NCBI GenBank assembly: GCA_025356035.1
Contig: JANXYN010000140.1
Location: forward strand, 1 to 42,345
Direction of reading: 5' to 3'
Source: Geobacteraceae bacterium
GTDB lineage: Bacteria; Desulfobacterota; Desulfuromonadia; Geobacterales; Geobacteraceae
Length of the DNA stretch: 42,345 bases
Shown: positions 26,649 through 37,100 of the stretch, piece after piece
How positions within the stretch are numbered: position 1 is the stretch's first letter
How the letters are laid out: each line of letters begins with the position of its first letter
Program-made: the position numbers and the translations under genes
Notes under the pieces: generated by a model
The model's database searches: none
The model's input: only the letters and a program-made list of their open reading frames with translations
Told to the model about the DNA's origin: nothing

Positions 26649-28460
26649 ATGAATGCATTGACCCTGGTATTTGTTGCACTGTGCGTATTTGCCCTCGCCT
26701 ACCGCTATTATGGCCTGTTCATCGCCAGCAAGGTGCTGGAACTGAAGGCAGAACGCCTTACCCCGGCAGTGATTATGGCAGATGGCCACGACTATGTGAA
26801 GACCAACAAGTACGTGTTGTTTGGTCACCACTTTGCCGCCATCGCCGCGGCCGGACCGCTTTTGGGACCGGTGCTGGCGGCCCAGTTCGGCTTCCTTCCC
26901 GGCGCGCTCTGGATTATCATCGGCGCAGTGCTGGCCGGCGCGGTCCACGATACCATCGTGCTCTTCGCCTCGGTCCGGCATAAGGGAAAGAGCCTCTCCA
27001 AGATCGCTGAAACCGAAATCGGCAAGGTGGCCGGCACCGTCGCCTCCTTCGCCATTCTTTTTATCCTGATCCTCACCCTGGCCGGGCTCTCCATCGCGGT
27101 GGTGAACGCTATGTTCTCCAGCTCATGGGGGACTTACACGGTGGCCTGCACTATTCCGATCGCCCTGATCATGGGGCTCTATCTCCATAAGGTGCGCCCT
27201 GGCGACGTCCTCGGTGCCAGCATCATCGGCGTAGTATTGCTCTTTCTGGCGGTGGCCACCGGCCCTTACGTGGCCGCCAACCCAACCCTTGCTGCGTTCT
27301 TCACCTTCAGCAAGAAGGAAATAGCGGTATTTATCCCGATTTACGGTTTTCTTGCCTCGGTATTACCTGTCTGGTTGCTCCTCTGCCCGCGCGATTATCT
27401 CTCCACCTACCTAAAGATCGGCACCATCGTCATGCTCACCCTTGGCATCGTCGTCGTCCACCCAACGCTGGCCATGGAACCGGTGACTAAATACATCAGC
27501 GGCGGCGGCCCGATCATCCCGGGCGCGGTTTTCCCCTTCGTATTCATCACCATCGCCTGTGGCGCGCTCTCCGGCTTCCACGCCATCATCGGCTCAGGCA
27601 CCACGCCGAAGATGATCGGCAGCGAGAAGGACATCCTGTTTGTCGGCTACGGCGCCATGCTTACCGAAGGGTTCGTCGCGATCATGGCCCTGATCGCCGC
27701 CTGCGTGCTGGTGCCAGCCGACTACTTCGCCATCAACACTGCTCCCAAGGTCTTTGAAACCCTCGGCATGGTCCCGGTCCATCTCCCCGCCCTGGCCCAG
27801 GCGGTAGGCGAGCAAGTGCAGGGGCGCCCCGGCGGCGCCGTTTCGCTGGCAGTGGGGATGGCCTATATATTCTCCTCGGTGCCGTTCATGTCGGGCATGA
27901 TGGCCTATTGGTACCATTTCGCTATCATGTTCGAGGCGGTCTTCATCCTCACCGCGGTCGACACCGGCACCCGCGTGGGCCGCTACATGTTGCAGGAGAT
28001 GATCGGCAAGGCCGTGCCGCGCTTCAGCGACCATAAATGGGTCCCCGGCATCATCATCACCAGCTTCCTCTTCACCGCTGCCTGGGGCTACCTGGTCTAC
28101 ACCGGCGATATCACCACCATCTGGCCCCTGTTCGGCATGAGCAACCAGCTCCTCGCCACCAGCGGCCTGATCATCGGCACGACCATGCTGATCAGGATGG
28201 GCAAGGCAAGATACGCCTGGATCACCGCCGTTCCCGGCATCTTCATGATCCCGGTCACCATGAGCGCCGGCTACCTGAACATCACCCGCAATTATATTCC
28301 AAAGGGGCTGACCCTCCTTGCCGTCCTCTCGGTGATCCTGATGGTCCTGATGACGGTGGTTTTCGTCGAGGCGTTCCGCAAATGGTACGTGCTCCTCCAG
28401 GTCAAGGAAACTACCCCTGACAAGTACGGCGAACTGGTGCTGGAGGTGGTAGAGGAATAA
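26649..28460 (+). CDS. cstA: Carbon starvation protein A (CstA family peptide/pyruvate transporter).
   Basis: 603 aa polytopic membrane protein. N-terminal MNALTLVF...YRYYG and conserved blocks characteristic of CstA. SD AAGGAGG. Confidence 0.88.
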   Translation: MNALTLVFVALCVFALAYRYYGLFIASKVLELKAERLTPAVIMADGHDYVKTNKYVLFGHHFAAIAAAGPLLGPVLAAQFGFLPGALWIIIGAVLAGAVHDTIVLFASVRHKGKSLSKIAETEIGKVAGTVASFAILFILILTLAGLSIAVVNAMFSSSWGTYTVACTIPIALIMGLYLHKVRPGDVLGASIIGVVLLFLAVATGPYVAANPTLAAFFTFSKKEIAVFIPIYGFLASVLPVWLLLCPRDYLSTYLKIGTIVMLTLGIVVVHPTLAMEPVTKYISGGGPIIPGAVFPFVFITIACGALSGFHAIIGSGTTPKMIGSEKDILFVGYGAMLTEGFVAIMALIAACVLVPADYFAINTAPKVFETLGMVPVHLPALAQAVGEQVQGRPGGAVSLAVGMAYIFSSVPFMSGMMAYWYHFAIMFEAVFILTAVDTGTRVGRYMLQEMIGKAVPRFSDHKWVPGIIITSFLFTAAWGYLVYTGDITTIWPLFGMSNQLLATSGLIIGTTMLIRMGKARYAWITAVPGIFMIPVTMSAGYLNITRNYIPKGLTLLAVLSVILMVLMTVVFVEAFRKWYVLLQVKETTPDKYGELVLEVVEE

Positions 28461-28488
28461 CGCCAACCAGCATCCATGGAAACCAGAA

Positions 28489-28518
28489 AGGCCTGCGCAC
28501 TGCAGGCCTTTTTTTTTG
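28489..28518 (+). terminator. Rho-independent terminator after cstA (GGCCTGCGCACTGCAGGCC, then T9).
   Basis: Seen in sequence. Confidence 0.75.
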
Positions 28519-28591
28519 GCTGGCGAATTGAGTTGCGACATATTCTGTCGTACTCCTCTGCTTTAATGGTAAAAAATAGCGGAGGTGGCAC

Positions 28592-28861
28592 ATGCAGATG
28601 ATTTACCTGACCAATGACGAGCTCGACCAGGCGGTCTATTTCGACCTGCGCAAACAAGAACCGCGACGCAAGGCGGGCGGGACTGAGCATCTGTTCTACG
28701 GGCTGTTGGGAAACGGGGTAAGCGAGGTGCAGGTGACCGTTAGAAGCTGGCGCGACTGCATTGAGGTCGCCTTCGGCAGAGGAAACCTCTTCAGCTTCGT
28801 CGAGGAGAGCACCATCCGGCGGATGGTTGGCGAGGTGGTGCGGGAGCTGGTGGTACACTGA
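28592..28861 (+). CDS. Hypothetical 89-aa protein.
   Basis: GGAGGTGG SD before ATG. Sits after the cstA terminator. No recognisable motif, and does not resemble the DUF466 (YbdD/YjiX) partner usual downstream of cstA. Confidence 0.45.
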   Translation: MQMIYLTNDELDQAVYFDLRKQEPRRKAGGTEHLFYGLLGNGVSEVQVTVRSWRDCIEVAFGRGNLFSFVEESTIRRMVGEVVRELVVH

Positions 28862-28867
28862 GCCAGG

Positions 28868-29074
28868 CTAATCCTTGTCGTCTCCCGGCCATCTGTTCAA
28901 GCAGTAAACGCACTTCTCCACCGTATAGGGAATCGTATCACGTAGCATCTCATTGTCCCGCTTGACCCCGCAGCGCTGGGGCACCGGAAACTTATGGATG
29001 ACGTTGTCTTTCACGAAGTAGAGCATGACGAGCCTCCCGGCACTGAAGTGGGCGATGACCTGCCCCTGTAACAT
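28868..29074 (-). CDS. Hypothetical small Cys-containing protein (three Cys: RCG...KCVYC). Internal start at Met17 (GGGAGG SD) is likely, giving about 52 aa.
   Basis: ORF with better SD before the second Met. Possible zinc-ribbon-like Cys spacing. Low confidence. Confidence 0.3.
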   Translation of the reverse strand: MLQGQVIAHFSAGRLVMLYFVKDNVIHKFPVPQRCGVKRDNEMLRDTIPYTVEKCVYCLNRWPGDDKD

Positions 29075-29195
29075 TATGGAAAACTTTCCGGGTTTGTCAA
29101 TCGGCAGGCTCTGCTGTGGCCAGGGGCGGGGGGTGGGGGGAGAAGCGTCAATGACGGCTTTTTGACGAAGCTTCCCGCCGTGGTATGCTGAAGCT

Positions 29196-29573
29196 ATGGG
29201 CTACCTCATCCTTGCCGATCTCATCGTCATTCTCCATGTTGCCTTCGTCCTCTTCGTCCTCTTCGGTGGGCTGCTCGTGCTGAGCCGGCCAAGAGTAGCG
29301 TGGCTGCATGTCCCCGCATTCCTGTGGGGTGCAGCTCTCGAATGCTACGGCTGGATCTGCCCGCTGACGCCGCTGGAGAATTCCCTGCGCCGGCAGGGAG
29401 GTGCCACCGGCTACCAGAGCGAGTTTATCGAGCATTACCTGCTCAGGCTGCTTTACCCTGCTGGATTGACCCCTACAAGCCAGCTGCTGCTGGGAATGCT
29501 GGTGCTGGTTATTAATGCCGCCATCTATGGCTTCGCCATTCAGCGGAAGCTTAAAAAGGAGATGCAGCGCTAG
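29196..29573 (+). CDS. DUF2784-family small integral membrane protein.
   Basis: 125 aa, 3-4 TM helices, conserved WICPLTPLE motif. Confidence 0.65.
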   Translation: MGYLILADLIVILHVAFVLFVLFGGLLVLSRPRVAWLHVPAFLWGAALECYGWICPLTPLENSLRRQGGATGYQSEFIEHYLLRLLYPAGLTPTSQLLLGMLVLVINAAIYGFAIQRKLKKEMQR

Positions 29574-29609
29574 TTGAGGCTGCGCTGCATCTCCTTCTGT
29601 GCCGGCGGC

Positions 29610-31676
29610 TCAGGCGACCGGCAGCGACTGCTTCGGCTCCTCGGCGACAACTGCTTCCCTGGCAGTGGGCATCCCGGCAATATGCTTCGTCAGGAACGCG
29701 GCGAGCAGACTGTTCACATTGCCGTCCGCGCCGCCCCCCTGGATCAGGAAATCGGGCGTTACCTTGACGTTGCCGGCCGCAATCTGCCGGGAAATCTCGA
29801 TGGCGGTTACGCCTGCCGCACCGATGGCGCGGTTCTGGCTTTCGTAAGCTTCGGCGGTCGATTTACCGATCGCTCTGATCTTCTGCGCTTCGGCATCACC
29901 CTTCGCCTTGATCCCCTCGGCTTCACCCTCGGCCTTGAGCCGGATGCTTTCCTTCTCCCCTTCCGCCGCCTTGATCGTTTTCAGCCGAGTCTGCTCGGCG
30001 ATCTGCACCGCGATTTCCGCAGTCACCAGCGAAGCTTGCTGATCGGCCTGCGCCCTGGTTTTTTCGGTGGCGATCCTTGCTCCCTGGGCCTCCCGCTCGG
30101 CATCGTACATGGCCATCTGCTGCTGGGCAATGATCTTTTGGGTCTGGGTGTTCATCAGTTCCTGGGGCAGGTTGATCTGGCAGATCAGCACCGACACACA
30201 CTCCACATGGTATTTTTCCAGTTCGGCACGGGTCCGGGTTTCCGCTTTGGCCTGCTCTTCCTGGCGATCCTGCATGAACGCCATGGCCGAAGTGGACGAT
30301 GCCTGGTTCCTGAAGCTCGAATCGATCATCGGATGGATGACATGACTGATCAGGTTATCGATGGAGCCGATCTTCGAGACCATATACGGGGCCTGGTCGG
30401 GACGGACCCGGACGATCACCTTGACACTCACTTCGATCGGGAAACCGTCTTTGGAAATAACCTGCAGCGGGTTGAATTTGGTGTCTTCAGAATTGTCCCA
30501 ATCAATGGTGACGTTGGTGGTACTGATGATATAGGCAATATAGGCCCGTTTGTTCAGGTAGTACCTCCCCGGACCGGCCACATCCCGCTGGATGCCGCGA
30601 AACCCCTTGGGTACCACGTAGCGCTCGACACCGTCTTTGAGCCGCGCTTCCCGCTCTGCAGCGGGGAGGGCCTTGTCGTTAAGCTTGGTAATTTCTTCCG
30701 GCTCCTCGCCGACGTTGGAAACGACCACACCCACCTCGCCCCGTTCCACCATGGTGATGTCGTCCAGCGCCACCGCGAACATGTTCGGGTTCACATAATA
30801 GGTGCCGGGCTTCAGCACGTCGAACTGCGGGCCCCGCTGGCCACCAGCCTCAAGAAACAGGGAGGCATTCTGAAAGTCACTATGCCCCCCCACCGTCTTG
30901 GCGACGTACTCGCCGTCTTGCAGCGGCGTCCCGTCGAGGGCGGTCACCAACCCGACCTTGTTGGCGGCAATGATCGTCGCATCCGCAATGGAGACGGTAA
31001 ATAGCGCGGTATTGATCCGATAGGTACCGGGGAGCAGCACATCGATCTGGGGCCCCTTCTGCCCACCCTTGTCCAGGAAAGACTGGCCGTCTTCGAAGTT
31101 GGAGTGCCCTTCCACGTGGTGAGCCAGGAGCCGGCCAAAAGGTATTGGCTGGCCATCCATGGATGAGACCATCCCGACCTTGCCGGCATTGACGACAATG
31201 GCGCTGGCTAGCGTCACCCGGTACAGGTAGGGGTTGACCCGGTAGGAACCTGGCGGCAGGATCTGCACCTGTGGCCCCTTTTCACCCCCATTGCGGAGGA
31301 AAGCCTCGCCGTCCTGGAAAGAGTTGTGCCCCTCGACTACTTTGGCAAAGATTTTCCCCGGCGGCACCGGGTTGCCGTCCACCGAGTCAAGAATGCCGAT
31401 TTCGTTTTCGCCAATTTTGACAAAGGGGCATTTGGCGGTTTTGTAGAGAAACGGGATCAGTAGATGGAAACCTGGGCCGAGGGTTTTGGCCTGCATCCCC
31501 ACTTCTCCGGAAACTGCCACCACCCGCCCCTTCTCCATCTGCTTGCCAAAATACCTGCGCTCCAGCACTGCAATCTCGTCACCGCCGACGACAACGAAAC
31601 AAGAGCCGACCATCGAGAGCAGAAATATCAGCGCCATCACCCCCGCGGCGCTTGCCAACATCATGGTTACCGTCAT
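29610..31676 (-). CDS. Flotillin/SPFH (YqiK-like) family protein with N-terminal TM anchor and a triplicated repeat of about 75 aa.
   Basis: Three tandem segments share GG(E/Q)(K/R)GPQ..(L/I)(P/K)PG(S/T)Y.(V/I)NP. C-terminal Ala/Glu/Lys-rich flotillin coiled-coil region (AEGEAEGIKAKGDAEAQ). Probable start at M5 after GGAGGGG. Confidence 0.75.
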   Translation of the reverse strand: MTVTMMLASAAGVMALIFLLSMVGSCFVVVGGDEIAVLERRYFGKQMEKGRVVAVSGEVGMQAKTLGPGFHLLIPFLYKTAKCPFVKIGENEIGILDSVDGNPVPPGKIFAKVVEGHNSFQDGEAFLRNGGEKGPQVQILPPGSYRVNPYLYRVTLASAIVVNAGKVGMVSSMDGQPIPFGRLLAHHVEGHSNFEDGQSFLDKGGQKGPQIDVLLPGTYRINTALFTVSIADATIIAANKVGLVTALDGTPLQDGEYVAKTVGGHSDFQNASLFLEAGGQRGPQFDVLKPGTYYVNPNMFAVALDDITMVERGEVGVVVSNVGEEPEEITKLNDKALPAAEREARLKDGVERYVVPKGFRGIQRDVAGPGRYYLNKRAYIAYIISTTNVTIDWDNSEDTKFNPLQVISKDGFPIEVSVKVIVRVRPDQAPYMVSKIGSIDNLISHVIHPMIDSSFRNQASSTSAMAFMQDRQEEQAKAETRTRAELEKYHVECVSVLICQINLPQELMNTQTQKIIAQQQMAMYDAEREAQGARIATEKTRAQADQQASLVTAEIAVQIAEQTRLKTIKAAEGEKESIRLKAEGEAEGIKAKGDAEAQKIRAIGKSTAEAYESQNRAIGAAGVTAIEISRQIAAGNVKVTPDFLIQGGGADGNVNSLLAAFLTKHIAGMPTAREAVVAEEPKQSLPVA

Positions 31677-31757
31677 ACACCCCTCCATTTAAAATTAGTT
31701 GCTATCGCATCACAGTGCTGGCAGCCCTCCGCAGCACAATTGGGATCTGCAAGTTAC

Positions 31758-31800
31758 GCACCATAAGAAAAGCCGCTCCATCAGCATGCCTCTGACATGA
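31758..31800 (-). terminator. Terminator hairpin (AAAGCCGCTC-loop-GAGCGGCT, U-rich tail on the minus strand) downstream of the amylase gene. Member of a recurrent hairpin family.
   Basis: Seen in sequence. Related copies at 37517-37560, 39062-39105 and 40950-40996. Confidence 0.55.
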
Positions 31801-31923
31801 GCGGCTCCGGTCCAAAGTAGTTCGTGCTGCGTGCAGCGTTTAATCCGCCTTAAACTAGCCGTAACTGCGGATGAAGTCAAGGCTATCCGCAGTTTGGCTT
31901 CTCACAGCCGAATACGATCCTTG

Positions 31924-33249
31924 TCACGGCCCATACACCACATACCCCCGCGACGGCGCCTCCACCTCGCACCAGCCATCAACGTCAGTGGTGACCGGCG
32001 GCGGGGTCAGCAGCGTATACTTCCCCCGCCATGCCAGTGGCTGCAGCAGCTGGTTTCTGAAGCCGGTCTGCACCGACTGCTTCAATACCCCCCCCCCATT
32101 ATTCAAGACCATGACCAGGCCAGGCTGGGCGCCGAAACCGGTCCGCTCCATGATATAGAGGACATCGTCGACATAGAGGATGTTGGTGCCGCCGCCGGCG
32201 TGGCTTTCATGGAGCTGTACCAGACGCTCGATTCCGCTGGGCGCGCCCGGCTCCGCCAGTCCATAGTTGAAATAGTCCTGCCAGAAGACGCACGGATACC
32301 CCTCGTGGGTGAGTATGTAGGCATAGGCGAGCATCTTGTCATTCACCACGCTGCCGTTACCGGCAAAGTCATGGTTGTCGACGAAGGTCACCGCCTCGAA
32401 CGGCCGGTCCTTGACCAACACGCCGCCGTCGGCCAGCCGTCGCAGGCTGAAACCGTAGCTGTCGCAGAGATCTTTCAGCCGGTAGCGCAGCGGGAAATCG
32501 AAGGCGCCGACCCGGTGCTCGGCCCAGCGATTGACCGAATCGAGCCAGCTGTCGATGAAGTCGTCGCCGGCCCAGCACTCGCCCACGCCGAAGATTTCCA
32601 CCGACTGGCCGTCGCGCATGTAGCTCCGGTCGTGGATCGCCCGCACAATCCAGGCGCCGAACCCCTTGACGAAATCATAGCGGAAGCCGTCGAAACCGAT
32701 CTCTTCGATCAGCCACTTGGCATGGTTGAGGATGCCGGTCGAGACGCGCGGATTGATGTGGCAGAGGTCCGGCATGTTGCCGAAGGTGACGTTGTCAAGC
32801 TCCTGGTAGGGGGAAGGATTGAAGCAGGTCCAGTCACGGCTGAAGATCCCGCTTTGGGGGGTGAATTTGGTCCACCAGCTCCGGTTGGTGATCGGATTGA
32901 ACTCTTCGGCGTCGGCGCCGTTGTTGTGATTGAGAATCAGGTCGGCGTAGGCCTTGAGCCCCTTACCATGCACCGCGCGCAACAACCCCCGCAGCTCGTC
33001 TTCCGTGCCGAACCAGGTCGGCACCGACCCTTTCTGTGCATATTTCCCCAGGTCGTAGTAGTCGTAGACATCATACCCCATCGACATGCCACCGACGTTG
33101 GCAGCCTTGCTCGCCGGCGGAAGCCAGAGCGCAGTGAAGCCGGCGGCATGGAGCGCGTCAAGCTTAGTGGCGACGAAGTTCCACCAAGCGTATTCCTTCC
33201 TCTCCAGCCGGGGACAATCCCAATAAAACGCCTGCATCAGAACGCCCAT
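31924..33249 (-). CDS. GH13 alpha-amylase (archaeal/Pyrococcus-type, signal-less).
   Basis: N-terminal GVLMQAFYWDCP and further GH13 blocks (GFDGFRYDFVKG). Confidence 0.8.
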   Translation of the reverse strand: MGVLMQAFYWDCPRLERKEYAWWNFVATKLDALHAAGFTALWLPPASKAANVGGMSMGYDVYDYYDLGKYAQKGSVPTWFGTEDELRGLLRAVHGKGLKAYADLILNHNNGADAEEFNPITNRSWWTKFTPQSGIFSRDWTCFNPSPYQELDNVTFGNMPDLCHINPRVSTGILNHAKWLIEEIGFDGFRYDFVKGFGAWIVRAIHDRSYMRDGQSVEIFGVGECWAGDDFIDSWLDSVNRWAEHRVGAFDFPLRYRLKDLCDSYGFSLRRLADGGVLVKDRPFEAVTFVDNHDFAGNGSVVNDKMLAYAYILTHEGYPCVFWQDYFNYGLAEPGAPSGIERLVQLHESHAGGGTNILYVDDVLYIMERTGFGAQPGLVMVLNNGGGVLKQSVQTGFRNQLLQPLAWRGKYTLLTPPPVTTDVDGWCEVEAPSRGYVVYGP

Positions 33250-33295
33250 CGGCTGTTCCTCCTCTTATCTTCCAATCTGCTAACTTATGAGGCTC

Positions 33296-33997
33296 CTATT
33301 TCTGCACCCAGCGGCCGTTCTGCAGTTGCATCCACCACCCCGGGTTGGCAGCTTCCCGCCTGGCATCGGCAAAGGTCGCCGCCGCCTTGGCCAATACCTG
33401 ATTCAATGCCGCCTTGGTTTCTTTCTGTTTGGCCAGTTTGAGAATCGCCCTGGCCATGCCGGTGATGACCGTCTTGCGGTCCTGGTTTTCCGCGTTTACC
33501 TGGGCCTCGTCCTGGGGGGTGACCTTCAACCTGTCGCGAACCGTCAGCAACCCCTGATTGGTCAGCCCGACCGCCCCGCTGTCGAATAGAACCATCAGCC
33601 TTGGCAGCCGCTTGTTCATCTCTTCGTAGGCCTTCACGACTTCCGGCATACTGCCCAGCTCTATGGCCAGGGCATCGGCCTCACTCTGGACAGTTCGGGT
33701 ATCGGGCACTCGGTCGGCGGCATTGGCTACCGACACCAACGAAAACGACGGCAACTGCTGGAACAGGTTACTTTGCGGCTTCGCCTCTGGCGCCGCTGGC
33801 GCCTTCTGTTCCTCGGCCGGCTGCTTCCCTTCTGTCGGCGGCTTCTCGCCCCTATTGGTCAGAAGCATGTCGTCGAGGGACTTGTATGCCTCTTTGGCGG
33901 CCTTCTCCGGAAAGTAAACGTTGACAGTGATGATGGCGCAGGCGGCGAGCAGGCCGCACACCCCGGTCAACAGCCATTTAATAGATTTTGCTTTCAT
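33296..33997 (-). CDS. Periplasmic protein with YdbL-like (DUF1318) C-terminal region; N-terminal signal/lipobox-like LLAAC.
   Basis: C-terminus ...NPGWWMQLQNGRWVQK resembles the conserved YdbL end. Directly downstream of the AsmA-family gene, as in ydbH-ynbE-ydbL. Confidence 0.45.
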   Translation of the reverse strand: MKAKSIKWLLTGVCGLLAACAIITVNVYFPEKAAKEAYKSLDDMLLTNRGEKPPTEGKQPAEEQKAPAAPEAKPQSNLFQQLPSFSLVSVANAADRVPDTRTVQSEADALAIELGSMPEVVKAYEEMNKRLPRLMVLFDSGAVGLTNQGLLTVRDRLKVTPQDEAQVNAENQDRKTVITGMARAILKLAKQKETKAALNQVLAKAAATFADARREAANPGWWMQLQNGRWVQK

Positions 33998-34145
33998 CTT
34001 TACCTCCGATAACCTTGTATTTGCCTTCGTACAAATTTAATTGTCGTTGTTTTTCTCCGTGTCTCTGTGACTCTGTGGCAGACTTTAAAGTTTCTTTGAA
34101 CTATACCATATCGGCCCGCCAAAGAAAGCCCTTCTCGGCCGCGCC

Positions 34146-37100
34146 TCATTCCTGCCACTTGAATTCCGGCTCTACCGGAGCTTCGGTGGGGACCTCGCCA
34201 CCGGTTACCGCTTTGCCCCGGATTGCAGCCTGCTTGATGGCTTCAAACAAATGGTCGATGGCGATCCGGTTCTGGCTCGGCGCAATCGACACGCTCAGGT
34301 CGCGGACCCCGAAAATATTGGTGTGGGCAATATCAAGGGTCTCGAAAGTCAGGTAGCCTTGCTCCAGATTGGCTTTGATCTCCGCCTGATCATAGGGTCG
34401 GTCGGCGCGGAAGAAAAATCCGCTCAGCTTCTTGCCGGAGAGCCGCTGCAGAAACTCTTTGCTGACCAGCAGCTTCTCCCCCGAGCCTTCCCGTGCCCAG
34501 AGGTCGGTGAAGCCGGCAAGCCCTGCCACCTCCTTCCCCGCACCGCCCAGACTGACGACGCCGTCGAGGCGCCCGGCAATATACCCCTTGATCTTCGGCA
34601 GGGCCGCGCAGAACTGCTGCAGGCTCAGGTCGTTGATCAGGAGGTCCGCCCGGTAGGTGAGACCTTCCTGCACCGCCAGATAGCCCTTGCCGAAGACTGT
34701 CCCCTGGTAGAGCGACGAGTGGAGCGCAATGAGCTCGGTGATGCCATGGCCGGCCACAATCTGCATGGTCAAGGCCCCGAGCTCCAGGGGGCCGAAACTG
34801 ACCTTGCCAACCGTGACAATCTGGCCACCAGTGGCTCCCTGACGCAGCTGGGCAAGGAGGCGGGGATAGTTGTCCCGGCTGAAGCTCACCCCCTCATGGA
34901 GGGGGGTGCCGGTCGTCCCCCCTGCAAGATCGAGGGAGAAGGGGAAGCTGCCGTTGAGGTCGACCACCCTAAGCTTCTGCGCCGGAACTTCCAGGCGAAC
35001 GTCCTTGAACAGTAACGAACCGTCGAGCATTGCTCTGCCGGCGTGCAGGTCGACGGTGGCAGTGGCCGCCAGTAAGCCGGCCAAGGTCGCTTCCTGCAAG
35101 ACAGGGGGAAGGCCATTGATAAACGGGTCCAGGAGGGTGTTCAGTGGGGTTGCGGGTAGGGCAATGGCAAATTGCCCCTGCCGCTGAGGCGAAAGCGGGT
35201 TGGTCAGTTCCCCCTGGACTGTCACGGCTACCCCGTCGCCGGCGGTGAAGCGCGCCTCGCTCAGCTTGAGCCGTTGCCCGGCGATGCTGCCGGACATAGT
35301 GAAGCCGCCGCCGGCGAAAAGGGTCTTGCCGCCGCGGCCGGTAACCGCGAGCCCTTTCCCCTTGGCCGCAAACCACCCGGCAAGGCCATCGCTAAGGGAA
35401 TAGCCCCCGTCCCAGCTGCCATTGAGCAGACCGTCCGCCAGCTTGACCCCCCAGCGCTTAGGAAGCAGTCCGCTCGCGGAGGCCAATTGGGCGTCGGCGA
35501 TGCCGAGCTGGAACTTCCCCCCCTCAGTGGGGGCAAAGGGGTTAAACGAGAAGGCGCCGGTTAACTTCCCCCCCAGCAAGGTGCCGCTCAGTTCACCCCG
35601 CCCACCACTCCTCGCCAGGGTCAGATGAGCGGCTGGCGTGCCAAGGGGCGTCCCTTGCCAAGAAATCTTCTCGACGCTGAGGCGGGCGGTCCCATCCAAC
35701 CACCGGCCTGCCGGGTCGGCCATGTAGCTGCCGTGGAGGCTGCCGGCAATACCGTGCAGCTCAGCCAAGCCCTGCTGGATCTCAACGCCAGCAAGCTCAA
35801 TTGCAAGGGGGTAGCGGGTCGTGTCCCGGCTCGCATCCGTTACGGGGAGGCGGGCGGCGAGGCGGGCGATGCTCACCTTGGTCCCGGCCAGGCGGCAGAT
35901 GCTGTCGGAAAGGATCACCATCCCCTCACTAAGTTGCCAGGAGAAGCGCGCCTCCCCCCCCTTCCCGTCAAGGACCAGACCTATGAGTTGCGTAGAACCT
36001 GCTGCGCTGAACTGGCCGGCTTCCCTTTTTACCTGGGCCGTGGCCACGCCGCTATGTATGCCGAAGCTGGTCTTGCCCCGGCGCCCCTCTAGGTCGGCGA
36101 GCCGGGCGCTCAGCGTGCCTCGGAATTGCGCCGCCCCGCGCCCCGCGCCATCCAGGGAAAGCGCGGCACTCCCGGCAGTGAGCTGCACCCCGAACTTCTC
36201 CAGCTGGGGGTTGACCCTGGCAACGGGCGTGGCCGGGATCTGCAAAGATACGGTGAAAGGGTCGGCCGCCCCGGCGCGGAAACCGAGCCGGCCGGTAACC
36301 GGCAGGCCCATGATGCTGGCGGAGAGGGGGGCGATTTCCGCCTTGAGCGGTTGTAAGCGGGGAGAGAGGGTGACGGCGAACGGCGCGTCAAGCGTTCCCA
36401 GCAGCGCCTTGCCCCGTGAATCGCGCTGGGCCAGCCGCCCGTTGGCGTGGAGGCCGGCCGAGGTCCGGGCAAGGGTAACGTTACCTCTCAAGCCACTGAC
36501 GAACAGCCGGCCGTCTTTAGCCAGGGAGCAGTCCCGGAGCTGCAGGGTGCCGGCCGCACTGGTCACCCCCTGGCTGGCGGTGCCGGCAAGCCGCACCCCC
36601 TTGGCGGAAAGCCGCCCGGTAACCACCAGCTTGCGCCGATCCGTCTCCGGTATCAGCGCAGCCAGTGTAGCAAGGTCGAGTTCGTCGATTGCAAGCTCTA
36701 AGCTGAAGCGCCGCTCCCCCTGAAGGCTGCTGGCTGTGCCACCGGCACGGAGCCAACCGCGATTATTGACCGCCAACGCCAGATCTAAGGCCGGCTCGGT
36801 ACCTGGGCGGACGCTCCCCACGAGGCGGTAGTTGTTAAGCGCCGCATCTTCGAATGCCAGCGCCAGCCGTGCATCGGTGGACCCCTTGCTCGCCAGGTTG
36901 AAGAGTTGCAGCGAAATCCCCGTCACCCCCTGGCCGTTCAGCAGCACTGCGCCGTCTTTGACCTGCAGCTCCTTGATCAGAAGCTCGCTGGCGGCCGGCT
37001 TCCCCCCGGCCGATAACTGGCGCAGCCCCGCGAAATTCCATCCGCCTTGGTTATTGCGCCGCAGGTCGAGCCTGACCCCTTCCAGGGCAATCAGGCGGAT

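Noticed and set aside
28585-28600. Second sigma54-like TGGCAC at 28585-28590.
   Set aside because: Not followed by TTGC at the -12 position. Overlaps the SD/start of the 89-aa ORF.
33998-34145. Looked for a ynbE-like small lipoprotein ORF between the AsmA-family gene and the YdbL-like gene.
   Set aside because: No ORF longer than a few codons on the coding strand in any frame.
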